A DNA stretch of 64,000 bases. It comes from Octopus vulgaris (taxonomy: Eukaryota). Shown one piece after another: positions 14,913-60,366 of the stretch; the stretch's first letter is position 1; each line of letters starts with the position of its first letter. The DNA is taken from positions 1,674,001 to 1,738,000 of the forward strand of contig OX597815.1 in NCBI GenBank assembly GCA_951406725.2, written 5' to 3'. The notes below the pieces were generated by a model. It saw only the letters and a program-made list of their open reading frames with translations, did no database searches and was not told where the DNA came from. A program made the translations under genes and the position numbers.

Positions 14913-15869
14913 TTCTTTTCTACTTTAGGCACAAGGGCCGAAATTTGTGGGGAGGGTGGCCAGTCAATTAGATCGACCCCAGTACACAACTGGTACTTAT
15001 TTAATCAACCCCGAAAGGATGAAAGGCAAAGTCAACCTTGGTGGAATTTGAACTCAGAATGTAAAGACAGACGAAATACCTATTTCTTTGCTACCCACAA
15101 GGAACTTAACACAGGGAGGACAAACAAGGACAGACAAACGGATTAAGTTGATTATATCGACCCCAGTGCGTAACTGGTACTTATTTAATCAACCCCGAAA
15201 GGATGAAAGGCAAAGTCGATCTCGGCAGAATTTGAACTCAGAATGTAAAGACAGACGAAATACCTATTTCTTTGCTACCCACAAAGGAGCTAAACACAGG
15301 GAGGACAAACAAGGACAGACAAACGGATTAAGTTGATTATATCGACCCCAGTGCGTAACTGGTACTTATTTAATCAACCCCGAAAGGATGAAAGGCAAAG
15401 TCGATCTCGGCAGAATTTGAACTCAGAATGTAAAGACAGACGAAATACCTATTTCTTTGCTACCCACAAAGGAGCTAAACACAGGGAGGACAAACAAGGA
15501 CAGACAAACGGATTAAGTTGATTATATCGACCCCAGTGCGTAACTGGTACTTATTTAATCAACCCTGAAAGGATGAAAGGCAAAGTCGATCTCGGCAGAA
15601 TTTGAACTCAGAATGTAAAGACAGACGAAATACCTATTTCTTTGCTACCCACAAAGGAGCTAAACACAGAGAGGACAAACAAGGACAGACAAACGGATTA
15701 AGTTGATTATATCGACCCCAGTGCGTAACTGGTACTTATTTAATCAACCCCGAAAGGATGAAAGGCAAAGTCGATCTCGGCAGAATTTGAACTCAGAATG
15801 TAGCGGCAGACGAAATACCGCTAAGCATTTCGTCCGGCCTGCTAATGTTTCTGCCAGTTCACTGCCTTA
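14913..15869 (-). repeat. Concatemeric tRNA-SINE array, 185-bp unit about 4.5 times, with 15-bp TSD
   Basis: atcgacccc at 14972, 15156, 15341, 15526 and 15711; aagccacaataaata at 14898-14912 and 15870-15884. Confidence 0.9.
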
Positions 15870-16016
15870 AAGCCACAATAAATAATGCCAGGCATTTTGC
15901 CTGAAGTCCTGATTTCACTGAAAGTTTGTATCAATTCCTTTTGGAACCTCTTTTGAGAACAAAATCATCCAACCCATGCTAGCATGGAAAGCGGACGTTA
16001 AATGATGATGATGATG

Positions 16017-16047
<31 letters not shown>

Positions 16048-19000
16048 ATATAAGTTCAAAAGGGAACAATTTGAACTTTTTGAGAGGTCCAAAAAGAGAG
16101 AAAGAATGATTTCTAATAAAGATTCATCATCTGAAATGCGGCGTATGTATTGAGTCCTATTTCGTATTAAATCTAATTTTAATTCAACATCTTTTTCTCC
16201 TACATTTTTCTATAATTGTTTATTGTGTATTTATGTCTATAACGATATTTTTCAAGTACTATATATATATATATAGTAGTTATATATCATAAAATACACC
16301 CACGCACAAATATGTGTGTGTGTAGCAGAAAGGTTATTTTGTCGTTTCTGTCCACTAAATTCCATGAACCAAACCCAAATTTATATTGAAACATAAAGAT
16401 ATATTCTTTCTTCAAGATCATAATTGCCAGTGAAATGTCCTTAAGATATGTCTTATCCTCTATTATCTTTCTTAAACTCATTTTCCCAGAACCTCTCCTG
16501 GCCAATGGTTATCACTAGACAAATGACCACCACCACCAACTTCCTTACTGACCATTATTATTTACTGCATTAGTGACTCCCCCAACCCCCCAATAGAGCT
16601 GGTTTGAGGTGAGAAAAAAGGTGAAGAGCAATGGTTCCTCTTCCTTGGGCAAAATACCCCCCCCCCCCGGCCACGTCCAATCTGCTACAAGAAATGACCC
16701 AAACAAAATCAAAACTGATAGAATCTCCAAAAAAAAAAAAACCAAACTGTTTTAACATGGACAAAGTAAAGAAAGAAACAACATTTGAAATCCTATTTCC
16801 ATGTTAGCCGTCAGCTTAAGGGAGAACTTGGCTGTTGTCTCTTAAGATGATGGTTAATTTGGAAATAAGGGAATTGGTTTTAATAAACAGCCCCTCTTTA
16901 GATTTTACTTTGCACAAATTGAAAGAAAATTTCATTTCCCACTTTCTTCCCCAGGATTCATCTTTGAGGAAAACGGTGAGATTGATTAAAATCCAAATGA
17001 AAGACTGTTTCATGAAAACCTCAAAGAAAAAGAGAACAATGTGAAGCCTAAATTCGCTTCTGTTCCTTCGGAATTGACATTGATGTAATTCCCCAACCAC
17101 GGCTGGTTACATTGATGTCAACAAATCACACAGTGATGTAATGTTTACCATTTCTTACTAATGAGAGAATGGTTTCTTACATCAAAGACAGATGGCAAGA
17201 CTCCTACCTTCTGTCATTCAAAGTTGTTTTTTCCATTATTTTCCAAAATTAAACAGTTCTGCTTCTCTGCTCAAACTCCATTATTGCAGATATGTGTTTT
17301 ACAGAATTCACAATCAGTTTTCTTCATTTGGGGTTTTCAATTGTTTTAATTTGATAATTCTCTCACTGAAGGAATCATTATAATTGGATAATCTTCCAAC
17401 TGTTAATCTCTCAAATGTGATATAGGTGGAACCTGTTGTCAGCCAGGTATACTGAGGTAAGTAGAGCTACAAAATAAATCTTTCAACCAATTCTAATTTC
17501 CTTTGTTGATAAATGTATGTATGTAGAATATTTAATTAATCTTTCTTTCATCACTATTTAATTAATTAAATTAAAGATTATGGTTTTAAATCTGAGATTT
17601 AAGAGAGACTTAGCTAGTGTTCACATCAGGTGAAATGTTTCTGGAGACCAGCAGAAGCAGGAAATCTGAGGTTGGATTCGTCATACAATTTTTGTGGATT
17701 ATTTTAATGTTAAATTGTTTGAGTCATTCATTAAAAGATCAGTTTAGGGTTGAATATCTTTAATTATGGCCTTAATAACCCCCTCCCCCTGTTTCATGTG
17801 GAGAGCAAGAGTTCCTTTATAATCTGGGATGTCCAATGCCAGGTGGAATACAAAATGGTATTTCAAGAAGGAAAGGATATTCTTTATTAAAATCATTTTG
17901 CAGAATGAAATGATTTAACTTCTGCTTAAAATTAACTCTGTTCTATAAAAACATACAAAGAATTTTATCATCACCATCATTATTATTATTATTATTATTA
18001 TTAAACATGGCCAGATCAGACTGGAGCCTGGTGCAGCCTCCTGGCTTCCCAGACCCCTGTCGAACCATCCAACCCATGCTAGCATGGAAAGCGGACATTA
18101 AATGATGATGATAATTATGATGATGGCAGAGTTGTTAGCATTGCTTGGAAAAATGTTGTTAAGCATTTTGTCTGTCTTAACATTCTGAGTTCAAATTCTG
18201 TAGAAGTTGAGTTTGCCTTTCTTTCTTAAAGGGGTCAATAAAAATAAGGACCAGCTGAGCACTAGGGTCGGTGTAATCAACGAGACCCCTCCTAGAAAGG
18301 ATTATTATTATTATTATTATTATTAAAGGTAGTGAGTTGGCAGTAATGTTAGCAATGTGGCACAAAAGACTTGGCAGCATTTTTTCTGGATCTTCACATT
18401 CTGAGTTAAAATTCTGTTGAGGTCAACTTTTCCCTTTTATCCTTTTGAAGTCAATAAGTGCCTGGTACTGCATCAGGGTATTTATTATTATTATTATCAT
18501 CATCATTAAGCTGGTGATCTTGGCAAAATCATTTGCATGTTGGACAAAATGCTTGGCAGCGTTTCTTGCAAATCTTTGTTCTGGGTTCAAATTGTGCAAA
18601 GGTCAGTTTTGCCTTCCATACTTTTTGGGGCCAATAAAATACCAGTCAAATACTTGGGTTGATGGTTTTCACTGATCTTTGCCCTCATTTAAACTCCTGG
18701 TCTTCTGTCTAAATCAAAAGCAATTATTATTATTATTATTAATAATAATAATAATAACGACACAGCCATTTGTCTCACCTGTCAAATACTTTTCCCAGAG
18801 ATTCTATCATTGTTACAAGTCTTCAGAATTGAAAGCGCAACATGGACATTCTCTCCAATGCTGGTCATTTTATAGAATCCTGTCTTCCAATTCAGCCACA
18901 GTAGAATCATGTCCAACACCTGAGGCGGACCAGATAGTAATGCAGGGACACACAACCAGGATAGTTAAAAAACAAAACAAAAAAAACATTGAAATACGAG

Positions 19001-20151
19001 AGAAATTTGGCCCCTTAGGGTTTCACTGGTTGGCTTGTTTCCCTTTTCTGTCTGAAATTATGAGCAGTTATAATGTCTAAGAGATACACACACACATTTT
19101 TATTTGTGGTTTAACAAGGCTACCAAAGGTTTCATATATAAAAAAGGAATTTCTTCAGAATTATAAAGCTTGCCACATGGGAATGTTGGTATCCATCTCC
19201 GTCTAAAATGTAGACAAGTGCCAACCGCCTCACATGGTAGGCTTCATAACTGCTAATAAATTCTTCTTTACATGAAATCCTCAGTTGTCTTGCAACCCAC
19301 AAATAAATGATATTTATCCAGTGTTGAGCACTTATTGCCATTGTTCAATATATATATACACACACATACACACGAGAAATTACGATAAACACAAATTTAT
19401 ATAACTTATTCCCATCGTATGTTTCACTGTTGTGGTTATTTGCATCTTCTGCAGAGGATGTAGCGAATGGATGCTGGATCACAGTGGATCATCAGATATT
19501 TTAAGACCCATACATGTATGTATTATCTGTTAAGATTAACAGTATTTCAAAAACCTTTACGCACACAAAAAAAAAGGTCTCCTTTATTATTAATAATAAT
19601 GATTTCTAAAAAATTAAACAACAGACACCTATAACTTGTTGATATGTTCAAAGTTCTATACAAGCAGAAATAATAATAATAATGATAAAAAAAAAAAGAT
19701 TTAAAAAATAGGAATAATTTATTAACACAGTTAAAAATAGGTTATTAATCATTTCTTGGTTAAAAGATGAGAAAACTAGGAATATTTTGGTAAGATGTCT
19801 CTAAGAATCTTGTAGACAGAATATGAAGAATTAACTGACAGAAAGAAAGAAGAAAAAAACCAATGAAGAGAAAAATATAAAAGACACCTGATCAGGTGTG
19901 GAAATCTAGTATAGAATTTTTTTTTTACCTAATTAATCAAAATGTATGATCAGTATCTACAAATAACAATCTCCCCTCCCTCCCTCCCTCCTTTCATTGT
20001 GGTCTTTACTGATTAATGAACGGGTCTGGTGGTAACGAGGTGTGGGTAAGTGTGTGTGGGGGATTCCATTTGTGGCACAACTAATCACATAATACCAACA
20101 ACAGGGGTTTCAGGGAGTCTTTTTTTTTCCCCAATGTTGTTGTGGCTGTAG

Positions 20152-20190
<39 letters not shown>

Positions 20191-20272
20191 CATAAACATA
20201 AATACACATATACATAATGTTTACATTACACACACATACACACATTCAAATACCTGAATGTATGGGTACCAG

Positions 20273-20303
<31 letters not shown>

Positions 20304-20935
20304 TCGAAGCTAGGTTACACAGTGAATAAATAAAATTAATAAATAAAAAATAAAAGTTCTAGAAGAAGAAAGCTTAAAAGAAAAAAATATAATTTAAAAA
20401 AAAAATATAAATTTTAGTCTGAAACGATCTCAGATGCCAGGAAAATAATTAAAAATAGAATTAGTAATTGAAATTAATTGTAAGAAGACAAAATGAACAA
20501 ACCAACCTGATTATACTTGACTCCTGTCATGTTAATTTAAAAAAGGAATGGCTTTACCCCAATTTAAAATGGAGGAGAATTGAAACGGGTAGGAACATGT
20601 AAAGGGTGGATTGTGTAAATATACACACTTACACACACACACACACACACGCACAACACTTGTATCTTCTTGTATATACACCATGGTGGGTGCCAAGCTC
20701 CAGTTTTGTGGCATTCTGTAAATGAGAAGTGAATCTTGTTTCTGGCCAAGAAGCTAGTCTCACTGGGAGGGAACTCTCTGCTAATTAATAATAATAATAA
20801 TACTGAAGTGAAGTAATGTGGGGTGGGGTGGGGTGGTTATACAGATCTTCTCACAGACATGACTCTATGCCTCCAGTCGATATGAAGTTGGGTTTTTACC
20901 AGTCGAGAGATCAATCATACCATACCTGTTTGGAC

Positions 20936-20948
20936 TATGTATGTATAT

Positions 20949-20995
<47 letters not shown>

Positions 20996-21203
20996 CATAT
21001 ATGTACATATATATGTATATATATATATATGTATATATATGTACATATGTATATTTACATGTACATATATGTATATTTACATGTACATATATGTATATTT
21101 ACATGTACATATATGTATATTTACATGTACATATATGTATATTTACATGTACATATATATATATGCATATTTACATGTACATATATATATATGCATATTT
21201 ACA

Positions 21204-21251
<48 letters not shown>

Positions 21252-21272
21252 TATATATGTATGTATACGTAT
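20936..21272. repeat. TA-rich micro/minisatellite with 22-bp unit tgtacatatatgtatatttaca
   Basis: Direct inspection. Confidence 0.9.
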
Positions 21273-21594
21273 GTTTATTCAAGCATTATTTTAAACAATA
21301 ATTATGTTACTGACCAAACCATTCCCTAGTTTCGTCCATTCAACCTCTCAGTCATCTGATGCTGTTCTCGGGTGCACAATCTCAACACTCATTCCTACAC
21401 AGACTCTACTGATGTGTACAGGGGATCAAAACATTGACCATTTGTACAGTAATATAGTTATTGTCTCCCTTCTGTATAAATAAACATACGTTTATACCTT
21501 ATAAACTTGTATTGAGTACATTTAGGTTTGTGGATCACAAAAATAAACAAAGACCATCTATATATGGGCATGTGTGTGTGTTTATATACATACT

Positions 21595-21848
21595 TTATTT
21601 GTGGGTGAACAAGGCTACCAATAGCTTCAGGTGAAAAGATTTTTCACTGTTGTTCAAGCACGCCACATGGGAATGTGTGGGCACCCGTCTCCAGTTTGGA
21701 TTCTCATCCAAAATGAGATGAGTATCAACACTGCCATGTGGCACACTTGAACAACTGTGAAGATCTCTTCATCTGAAACCATTGGTTGCTTTGTGAACCC
21801 ACAGATAAGCAATATTTATCCACCAATGTGGTGTTGAGCACTCATTTG
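21595..21848. mobile_element. Degenerate foldback element with tail; older copy at about 19098-19340
   Basis: ttatttgtgggt...ccacatgg / ccatgtgg...acccacagataa, followed by gcaatatttatccacc..gtgttgagcact. Confidence 0.6.
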
Positions 21849-22672
21849 TATGTATGTATGTATATGATGATGATACATACGTGTGTGTGTGTGTATATGT
21901 TACCTATGATCATTGTTTGAAGACAGCTCACAGATCGTTTAGTCACGAGAAGAGATATTTTACTTAAAAACCGATACACCATAAAAATGACTGAAGGAGG
22001 TACAGATTAATCATTGATCACTTGGGGTACAATTGATAATGTGTTCAATTCATAGACAATGTGCTCTCTTATCACCATCACCATCATCATCATCACTGTT
22101 ATTATGATTGGTACAACGTCTTATAATCATCATCATCATCATCACTATTATCATGGTCTCCCTTCTCTTTTCAATGATTCACTTTTTAAAAATATTTTTC
22201 TATTTTCTTTTTTTTTTTGGTAATCTTTTTTCCCCTTTATTTTGTTTCAAAGTTTTGTACAAACCATCATCATCATCATCATACCTTCCTCTCTCTCTCT
22301 CTCTTCCTCATTTCTTTTCCTAACGAGCCGTTTCCACTCATCCCACTCTCTCGCCCAATCCTCCTCTCTGTTACACACCCAATATTTTACACTCTCTCAT
22401 GCCTTTCTCTCTCTCTCTCTCTCTCTCTTTTCCCAATCTTTACACTATATAGTCTAGTCTTAATTTCATCTTAACAATAATAATAATAATAATAATGATA
22501 ACAATAATTAGTAACAATAATAATAATTGTAATAATAATTAAAATTATTATCATTATTTTTATTATTATTATTATTATTTCTTGTCTTCAGAAATGAAGA
22601 CAGTCGATTTCCATTTTTTTTTAATATATATATTTATATTTTTTTCAGTTGTTTCTTTGAACATCCATAAAT

Positions 22673-54036
<31,364 letters not shown>

Positions 54037-54674
54037 CTGCAATGAGAATGCAGAAAGATTATTAACAAAATGGGAATGGAAGAAGTTGGATACATTCAAA
54101 GATTTTTGGTAAAAATTATGAAAATGGTGAACTAAAAAATACCAAAAGGTTACTTTTGTGGTTGATCAGAATAAAAAGTGAGCTTTATACACAATTGGTT
54201 TGAACAAATTGTTATAACTTCTTCATTATTAGATGTAATTAGACACTGGAAAATTAAATGTTAATAGAATTTTCTTTTCATAACAGTTAAAAAAAAAAAT
54301 GTACGTTATGACAATGAACAGAGTAAAGGTATGAGAGACAGGTTCAATTCTGAGATAAGCAGTGTAAGCTACAGGTTTATAACAAGTGCAGGTATGTAAT
54401 TCGGAGGTTGAAAATAATTAGATTAACATCATTACATCAACAAAGTTACGGAAATGATGGACCATTCATAGATTTCGTTCTCTTCGATGGATTGTCTTCA
54501 TTACAGCAGGTGAGTATCATCTACTTACCTATACATACATAGCCGGCTCCTGTCAAACCGTCCAACCCATGCCAGCATGGGAAGTGGATGTTAAATGATG
54601 ATGATGATGAAGTAGAAATATTTGCACATACACACTCAGACACATTCATACACACACAAACATATGTAAATTTC

Positions 54675-55055
54675 TCTATATGTAAAGCTGAAGTTGTCTG
54701 TGTATGGCGGGTTTGGTAGCCTTCAACTAACACTATCTCCTCCGAGACCCTGCAACGCAAGTTGACCAAAATTGAGAGTATGATAGAAGAAGGCTTGCTC
54801 TTCATTCCGTAGAATTCAAATCGGACCATGTTAACACCAAAAATTATTTACATCAAAACGGTGCTTTTTTTCTATGAAAATCCCTATTTTTTACGATTTT
54901 TTGACAGCTGTGTCGCCATTTTTCGGTGTATTTCAACCAGAAAAATGTTCACTTAAAGAGAATAACAAGCTACATAATGCAAAATTTTTACTTTTCAAAA
55001 ATTCCAATTCTAAAGGGTCAAAACAAACCTGAGCAACGCCAGGTGATACTGCTAG
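54675..55055 (+). mobile_element. Non-autonomous Helitron
   Basis: 5' TCtatatgtaaa, subterminal hairpin cctgagcaacgccagg, 3' CTAG followed by T. Confidence 0.75.
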
Positions 55056-55130
55056 TAAACAGTTATATTGAAAACATGCAACACAATCATGTACACACAC
55101 ATTTCAACAGTGAATGATTGTATTTTGTGC

Positions 55131-55177
<47 letters not shown>

Positions 55178-55266
55178 GTATGTATGTATATATATAAATA
55201 AATTTGAGTGTGTGTATAGACTAATATTTGATGTGAGTGAGAGGACTTAGTTGATAGCAGAATAAT

Positions 55267-55306
<40 letters not shown>

Positions 55307-56146
55307 TGGTGAAGCACATGTGTATAGTTTGTAAAATGTCCCTCCAGGTGGCGTTACTTTCTTTGAGATCTCTCCAAACAACCATAGCATATTATCGTAC
55401 TGTAAATATTATCAAGATATTAAAAACCTACATTAACGAATCTTCTATTTAAACATAATAAAGAAGATGCGAATGTAATAATAACATGATGGTGATGATG
55501 ATTCTATTTAATTTGATATTTCTCTTATGATGATTATACATTGAAAGACATTGCCATGGCAACCACTTGGCTTCTTTTTTTTTCTTTCCTTTGTTATCTA
55601 ATTTCTGTGATGAGCCAAAACAATTTTATTTTCCTTTTGGTTAACTCAGAAATATTTATCTTGTGCAAAGAATGGGAAATAAGGGAACAAATGGACGATG
55701 GTCAAAAGGCTTAGTCAACAACGTTCAAAGTATATATTCTGAGGAAATAGGAGAGTCGAAAATGCTTTGAACATATCTTCTGAAAAACTTCATCACCAAA
55801 AACAAACGAACGTAGAAACATTTTGGGACGGATTTAAAACGTTACTTTTCCATTATTGGATTCATAGCATTTGATTGATGTACAAGTAGTAGTAGTAGTA
55901 GTAGTAATAACTAAATTGTGTTAACTAGAACGGCTCATGTACTGAGAAGATCATTATTGCTGTGAAAACAACATCTATCCATGAATTTATTTATTAAATT
56001 TTCTTCCGTTTCTCGCCGAGTGTTTTCTGTACACCTAGGGCAGAGAAGCTCGTTGTATGCATTCCCAGATTACACATGCAAATTCACAGGCAAAATTTGT
56101 ATTTAAAAAATTAATAAATAAATAAATTCATGGATAGATGTTGTTT

Positions 56147-56484
56147 TCACAGTGATAATGCTCTTCTCAGTACATGAGCCGTTCCAGTTAACACGATGTT
56201 TTGTACTTCCTGTAGGGATGATAAGCCTGGTATCATTTTCAAATAGGTTTCAGTACCTTTTTTTTTTATCATTCCTAGAGATCCTACAATCACTGGTACT
56301 GTAGTCGCCTTGAGATGCCACATTTTTTCAATTTCTATTAGCAAGTCTTTATATTTACTGATCTTGTCAAATTCTTTCGCCGCTTTATTGTGATCACAAG
56401 GAATACTCATGTCAATTAATAAACACATCCTTTTTGTCTGATCTTTTATAATAATATCCGGTTTATTAGGTTTTATAGTTCTGT
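56147..56484 (-). mobile_element. R4/Dong-like restriction-like endonuclease fragment
   Basis: NKPDIIIKD...LLIDMSIP...KISKYKDL..EIEKMW...PVIVGSLG. Confidence 0.85.
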
Positions 56485-59207
56485 TGGTATGTTATTATTA
56501 TTATTATAATACCAACTGTGTTTGTATTACGATAATAAGATTGAAAAAATTGACCTTGTTTGTGAAAATGTTTGGAGCTGGGTTTGCAGTTCCAAAGCAA
56601 ATTTTGTTCCTGCACTTCTGGACAAGGGTTCACATACACAATAGGGTTTCTTTCAGTTTCCACCCATGAAATTCATTCACAAGGCTTTGATTAGATCAGG
56701 GCTATTGCATAAAACATCCAAGGAACCAAGCAGTGGGGACTGAACCTGAGAATATTTGGCAGGGAATCAGGGTCCTTAATTACACAGCTGCGAAAATAGG
56801 GAGCAAGGGAAGATGGAGAACTGGTACTCCATTGGTTGAGCTGGCAGAATCGTTAGCACACTGGGCGAAATGCTTAGCAGTTCTGAGTTCAAATTCCGCT
56901 GAGGTCGACTTTGCCTTTCATCCTTTTGGGGTTGATTAAATAAGTACCAGTTACACACTGGGGTCGATACAATCGACTTAATCCGTTTGTCTGTCCTTGT
57001 TTGTCCCTTCTGTGTTTAGCCCCTTGTGGGTAGTAAAGAAATAGGTTATGATGACAAGAGTTCCAGTTGATCTGATCAACGAAACAGCTTGTGAAATTAA
57101 TGTACAAGTGGCTGAGTGTTCCACAGACACGCATACTCTTAACATAGTTTCTCAGGAGACACAGCAAGACACAACAACACGTGACAAAGCCTGGCCCTTT
57201 GAATTTCCAGGCACAACATATTTTTGTCATGTGAGTGGACTGCAGTGATGGGAGAGTGTCTTGCTCAAGGACACAATTGCATCAATGGTGGTGGTGGTGG
57301 TGGTGGGGGTGGGGGGGGAGACAGTTTATGAATGCAGCTGTATAAACATAACACACTAAACACAGAGCAGTCACGAGTTCAACTGAACTGGTAAAGAAAA
57401 CAGAAATCATTTCCTGCTGCTCTCCTCCCATCCCAATGATGGTCACTTCCAGACCCCCCCCCTGGTCAACAGACTTTTCATTCATTAACTGGTTTGGTCT
57501 ATTTTTGGGTTGGATGTTTGGAGAAAGGCAAAAGCTTCTTATGTTAACCTTCCTACTTCAACAACAACTTCTCCTCCTCCTCCTCCCACCCGGCCTCTTC
57601 ATACTTCCTCTTCTTTACACAATCTGGCACTTCTTTTCAGAACTGACATTGCCATCTTCAAAGAGTGCTGCTGCTACACAAGGAGGTGTGGGGGCTACGA
57701 GACAACAGAGCAGAACCAAGTTTCACCATTAATTCACAACAGACTTCAATCTTAATTTCCTTCACTCACCCAGGTGCCCCACGTTTGGTCAACAAACTGA
57801 ACAGGCATGGCTGCCTGGTTAAGACGTCTGCTTCCCAACCACAGGGTTCCAAGTTCAAGCCCACTGTGTGGAAATCTGGGGTATTGTATTTTTCATTATA
57901 GCCCAAGGCAAGCAAAAGCATTGGGAGTGGATATGATATATGGAAACAGAAAGTAGTTTTTTTACTTATTTCAGTCATTGGACTGCGGCCTTACTGGAGC
58001 AGTGTCTTGAAGAATTTTTAGACAAATGAATTAACCCGAGAACTTAACCTGGAACCATGATCCCCATGTCTGCTGGAAAAGGACAGCTGCATAAAGAAGT
58101 GCCAAGCTCTAATTGTGGAGGGCACCTGTGGAAGGGGTAGACCCAGGAAGACGTGGGACAAAGTGGTGAGGAGAAAGGGTCTTTGGACGCTGGGCTTTAC
58201 TGAGGAAATGACAAGGGACTGGGAGATGTGGGGATTTGCTGTACTTGATAAGATGCATCAAGCTAAGTGCAATGGCTGTCTTCCATGCATACAGGCTTGT
58301 CTTTTCAGGTGCCAGTGCCACTTAAAGACGCACCTGTGCCGGTGGTGGCGTGTGAAAAGCACCCAGCACACTCTGTAAAGTGGTTGGCATTGGGAAGGGC
58401 GTCCAGTCGTAGAAACCATGCCGAAACAGCTCCCTGCCAAACCGTCCAACCCATGCAAGCATGGAAAGTGGATGTGAAATGAGATGATACACACACACAC
58501 ATATGCATATGTGTGTGTGTCTGTGTGTGTGTGCGTTTGTGCCCTGACATTGTGTGATAGTTGCAAATGAGTGTCCCTGCCATTTGCCAATATTCCATGA
58601 AAACATGTCTGGCAGTAAGGAGTTGTTATTTTACTTGGAAAGGGAGTTGTTGATGGGAAGGGCATCTGACTGTCAGCAAGCATGGAAAAGGGGACATTAA
58701 AATGATGATGATGATGATGACTAAACTATCTTCAACCTATTTCAAAATGCATTTTTCCTTTTTGTTTGCTTTCTGCCCTTTTCATATCCTCTCCAACTCT
58801 ATATTATTATTATTATTATTATTACTACACTCATGGAGTGGTTGGCATTAGGAAGGGCATCCAGCTGTAGAAACACTGCCAGATCAGACTGGGCCTGGTG
58901 CAGCCTCCTGGCTTCCCAGACCCCAGTTGAACCGTCCAACCCATGCCAGCATGGAAAGCGGACGTTAAACGATGATGATGATGATTGATGATTAAGGTGG
59001 CAAGCTGGCAGAATCGTCAGCACACCGGGCAAAATACTTAGCGGTATTTCGTCTGCCATTACGTTCTGAGTTCAAATTCAGCCGAGGTCAACTTTGCCTT
59101 TCATCCTTTGCCTTTCATCTAATCAACACATTCCCTCCCTCAAAATGGCTGCCCTCGTGGAAAAATTTGAAATCATTATTATTATTCCTTTAATGTTTGT
59201 TTTCCAT

Positions 59208-59337
59208 GCTGGAATTACTGCGGTTGCTGGCACCAGACTTGCCCTCCAGTTGATCCTTGTTAACGGAATTGAAATTTACTCATTCCGATCGTGGGGCCTC
59301 GACAGAGTCCTGCATTGTTATTTTTTGTCACTACCTC
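59208..59337 (-). pseudogene. Diverged 18S rRNA fragment (region ending at the conserved CAGCAGCCGCGGTAATTCCAGC motif)
   Basis: + strand gctggaattactgcggttgctggcaccagacttgccctcca...ttgttattttttgtcactacctc is the reverse complement of conserved 18S sequence with several substitutions. Confidence 0.9.
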
Positions 59338-60050
59338 TGGGAGGTAGTGACAAAAAGTAACAACCTGTTGGATCCTGTGTGACCCTAATCCATGCCGGTA
59401 GAAAATCTGGATGTAAAAATGACGATCTCTGAATGTTGGTTTCTGAATAAGGTTATGGAATGAAAGTCTTCAAGAACAGATGGAGGAGGAGGAGGAGGTT
59501 AGAGTGAAGTTGTTTGACGTCAGTAACACTGATAAAAACATTTCTCAATAGTATTCTGTCGGAAGGAGACTAACCTAGAAAGAGTCAGCTGCACTCTAAC
59601 ATGGAGTCAGTCTCAGAGATCGTGTCATCTTCATAAACATTTATTGATAGCAAACTGATGACCATCGCTGAGGCGGGTACACTGGGTGCGGGCCAGACTC
59701 TGTGTGTGTGTAAGGCGGACGTTAAATGATGATGATGATGATGTGTGTGAAGCGAGACTGTTTTCTACAACAGAGGCCAATATACGGAGATGTGATGGAA
59801 GCGGGGCAGAATTGAAAGACTGAAGATTTTGACACCTTAAACTGGCCCCAAATTAAAGTAAACAGAGTCTTCCTGTCGGTTTCCATCCTGAACTTTGCAG
59901 TTGTTGGATCCATTTGTTACACCTCCTCACACACACACACACACACACACACACCCGTGATGACATATGTGCAGACGTGTTCACATACAAACAAACACAC
60001 ACATGTGGGGTGTGTGTGTATATATATATATATATACACACACACGTGGG

Positions 60051-60096
<46 letters not shown>

Positions 60097-60313
60097 CACA
60101 CACACACACACACACACACATGGATCTTCTGCACAGTTTCTGCATACATATGACAAAAAGCTTGCTTCTCAACCACACAGTTCTGGGTTCAGTCCCACTG
60201 CATGGCACCCTTGAACAAGGTCTTCTACTATAGCCTTGGGTTGACAAAAACCCTGAATGGATTTGGTAGATGGAAATTGAAAGCAGCAAGGCATATATAA
60301 ACATATGAGTGGA

Positions 60314-60366
<53 letters not shown>

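Noticed and set aside
14913-15869. Regular repeat array superficially like a CRISPR
   Set aside because: The units are near-identical 185-bp SINE bodies with no unique spacers, the context is eukaryotic, and there are no cas genes.
21900-22672. PDE3 polyadenylation signal
   Set aside because: Several AATAAA matches occur in AT-rich repeats, so none can be singled out.
59208-59337. Functional 18S rRNA gene
   Set aside because: Only ~130 nt, mutated in conserved positions, with no surrounding rDNA.
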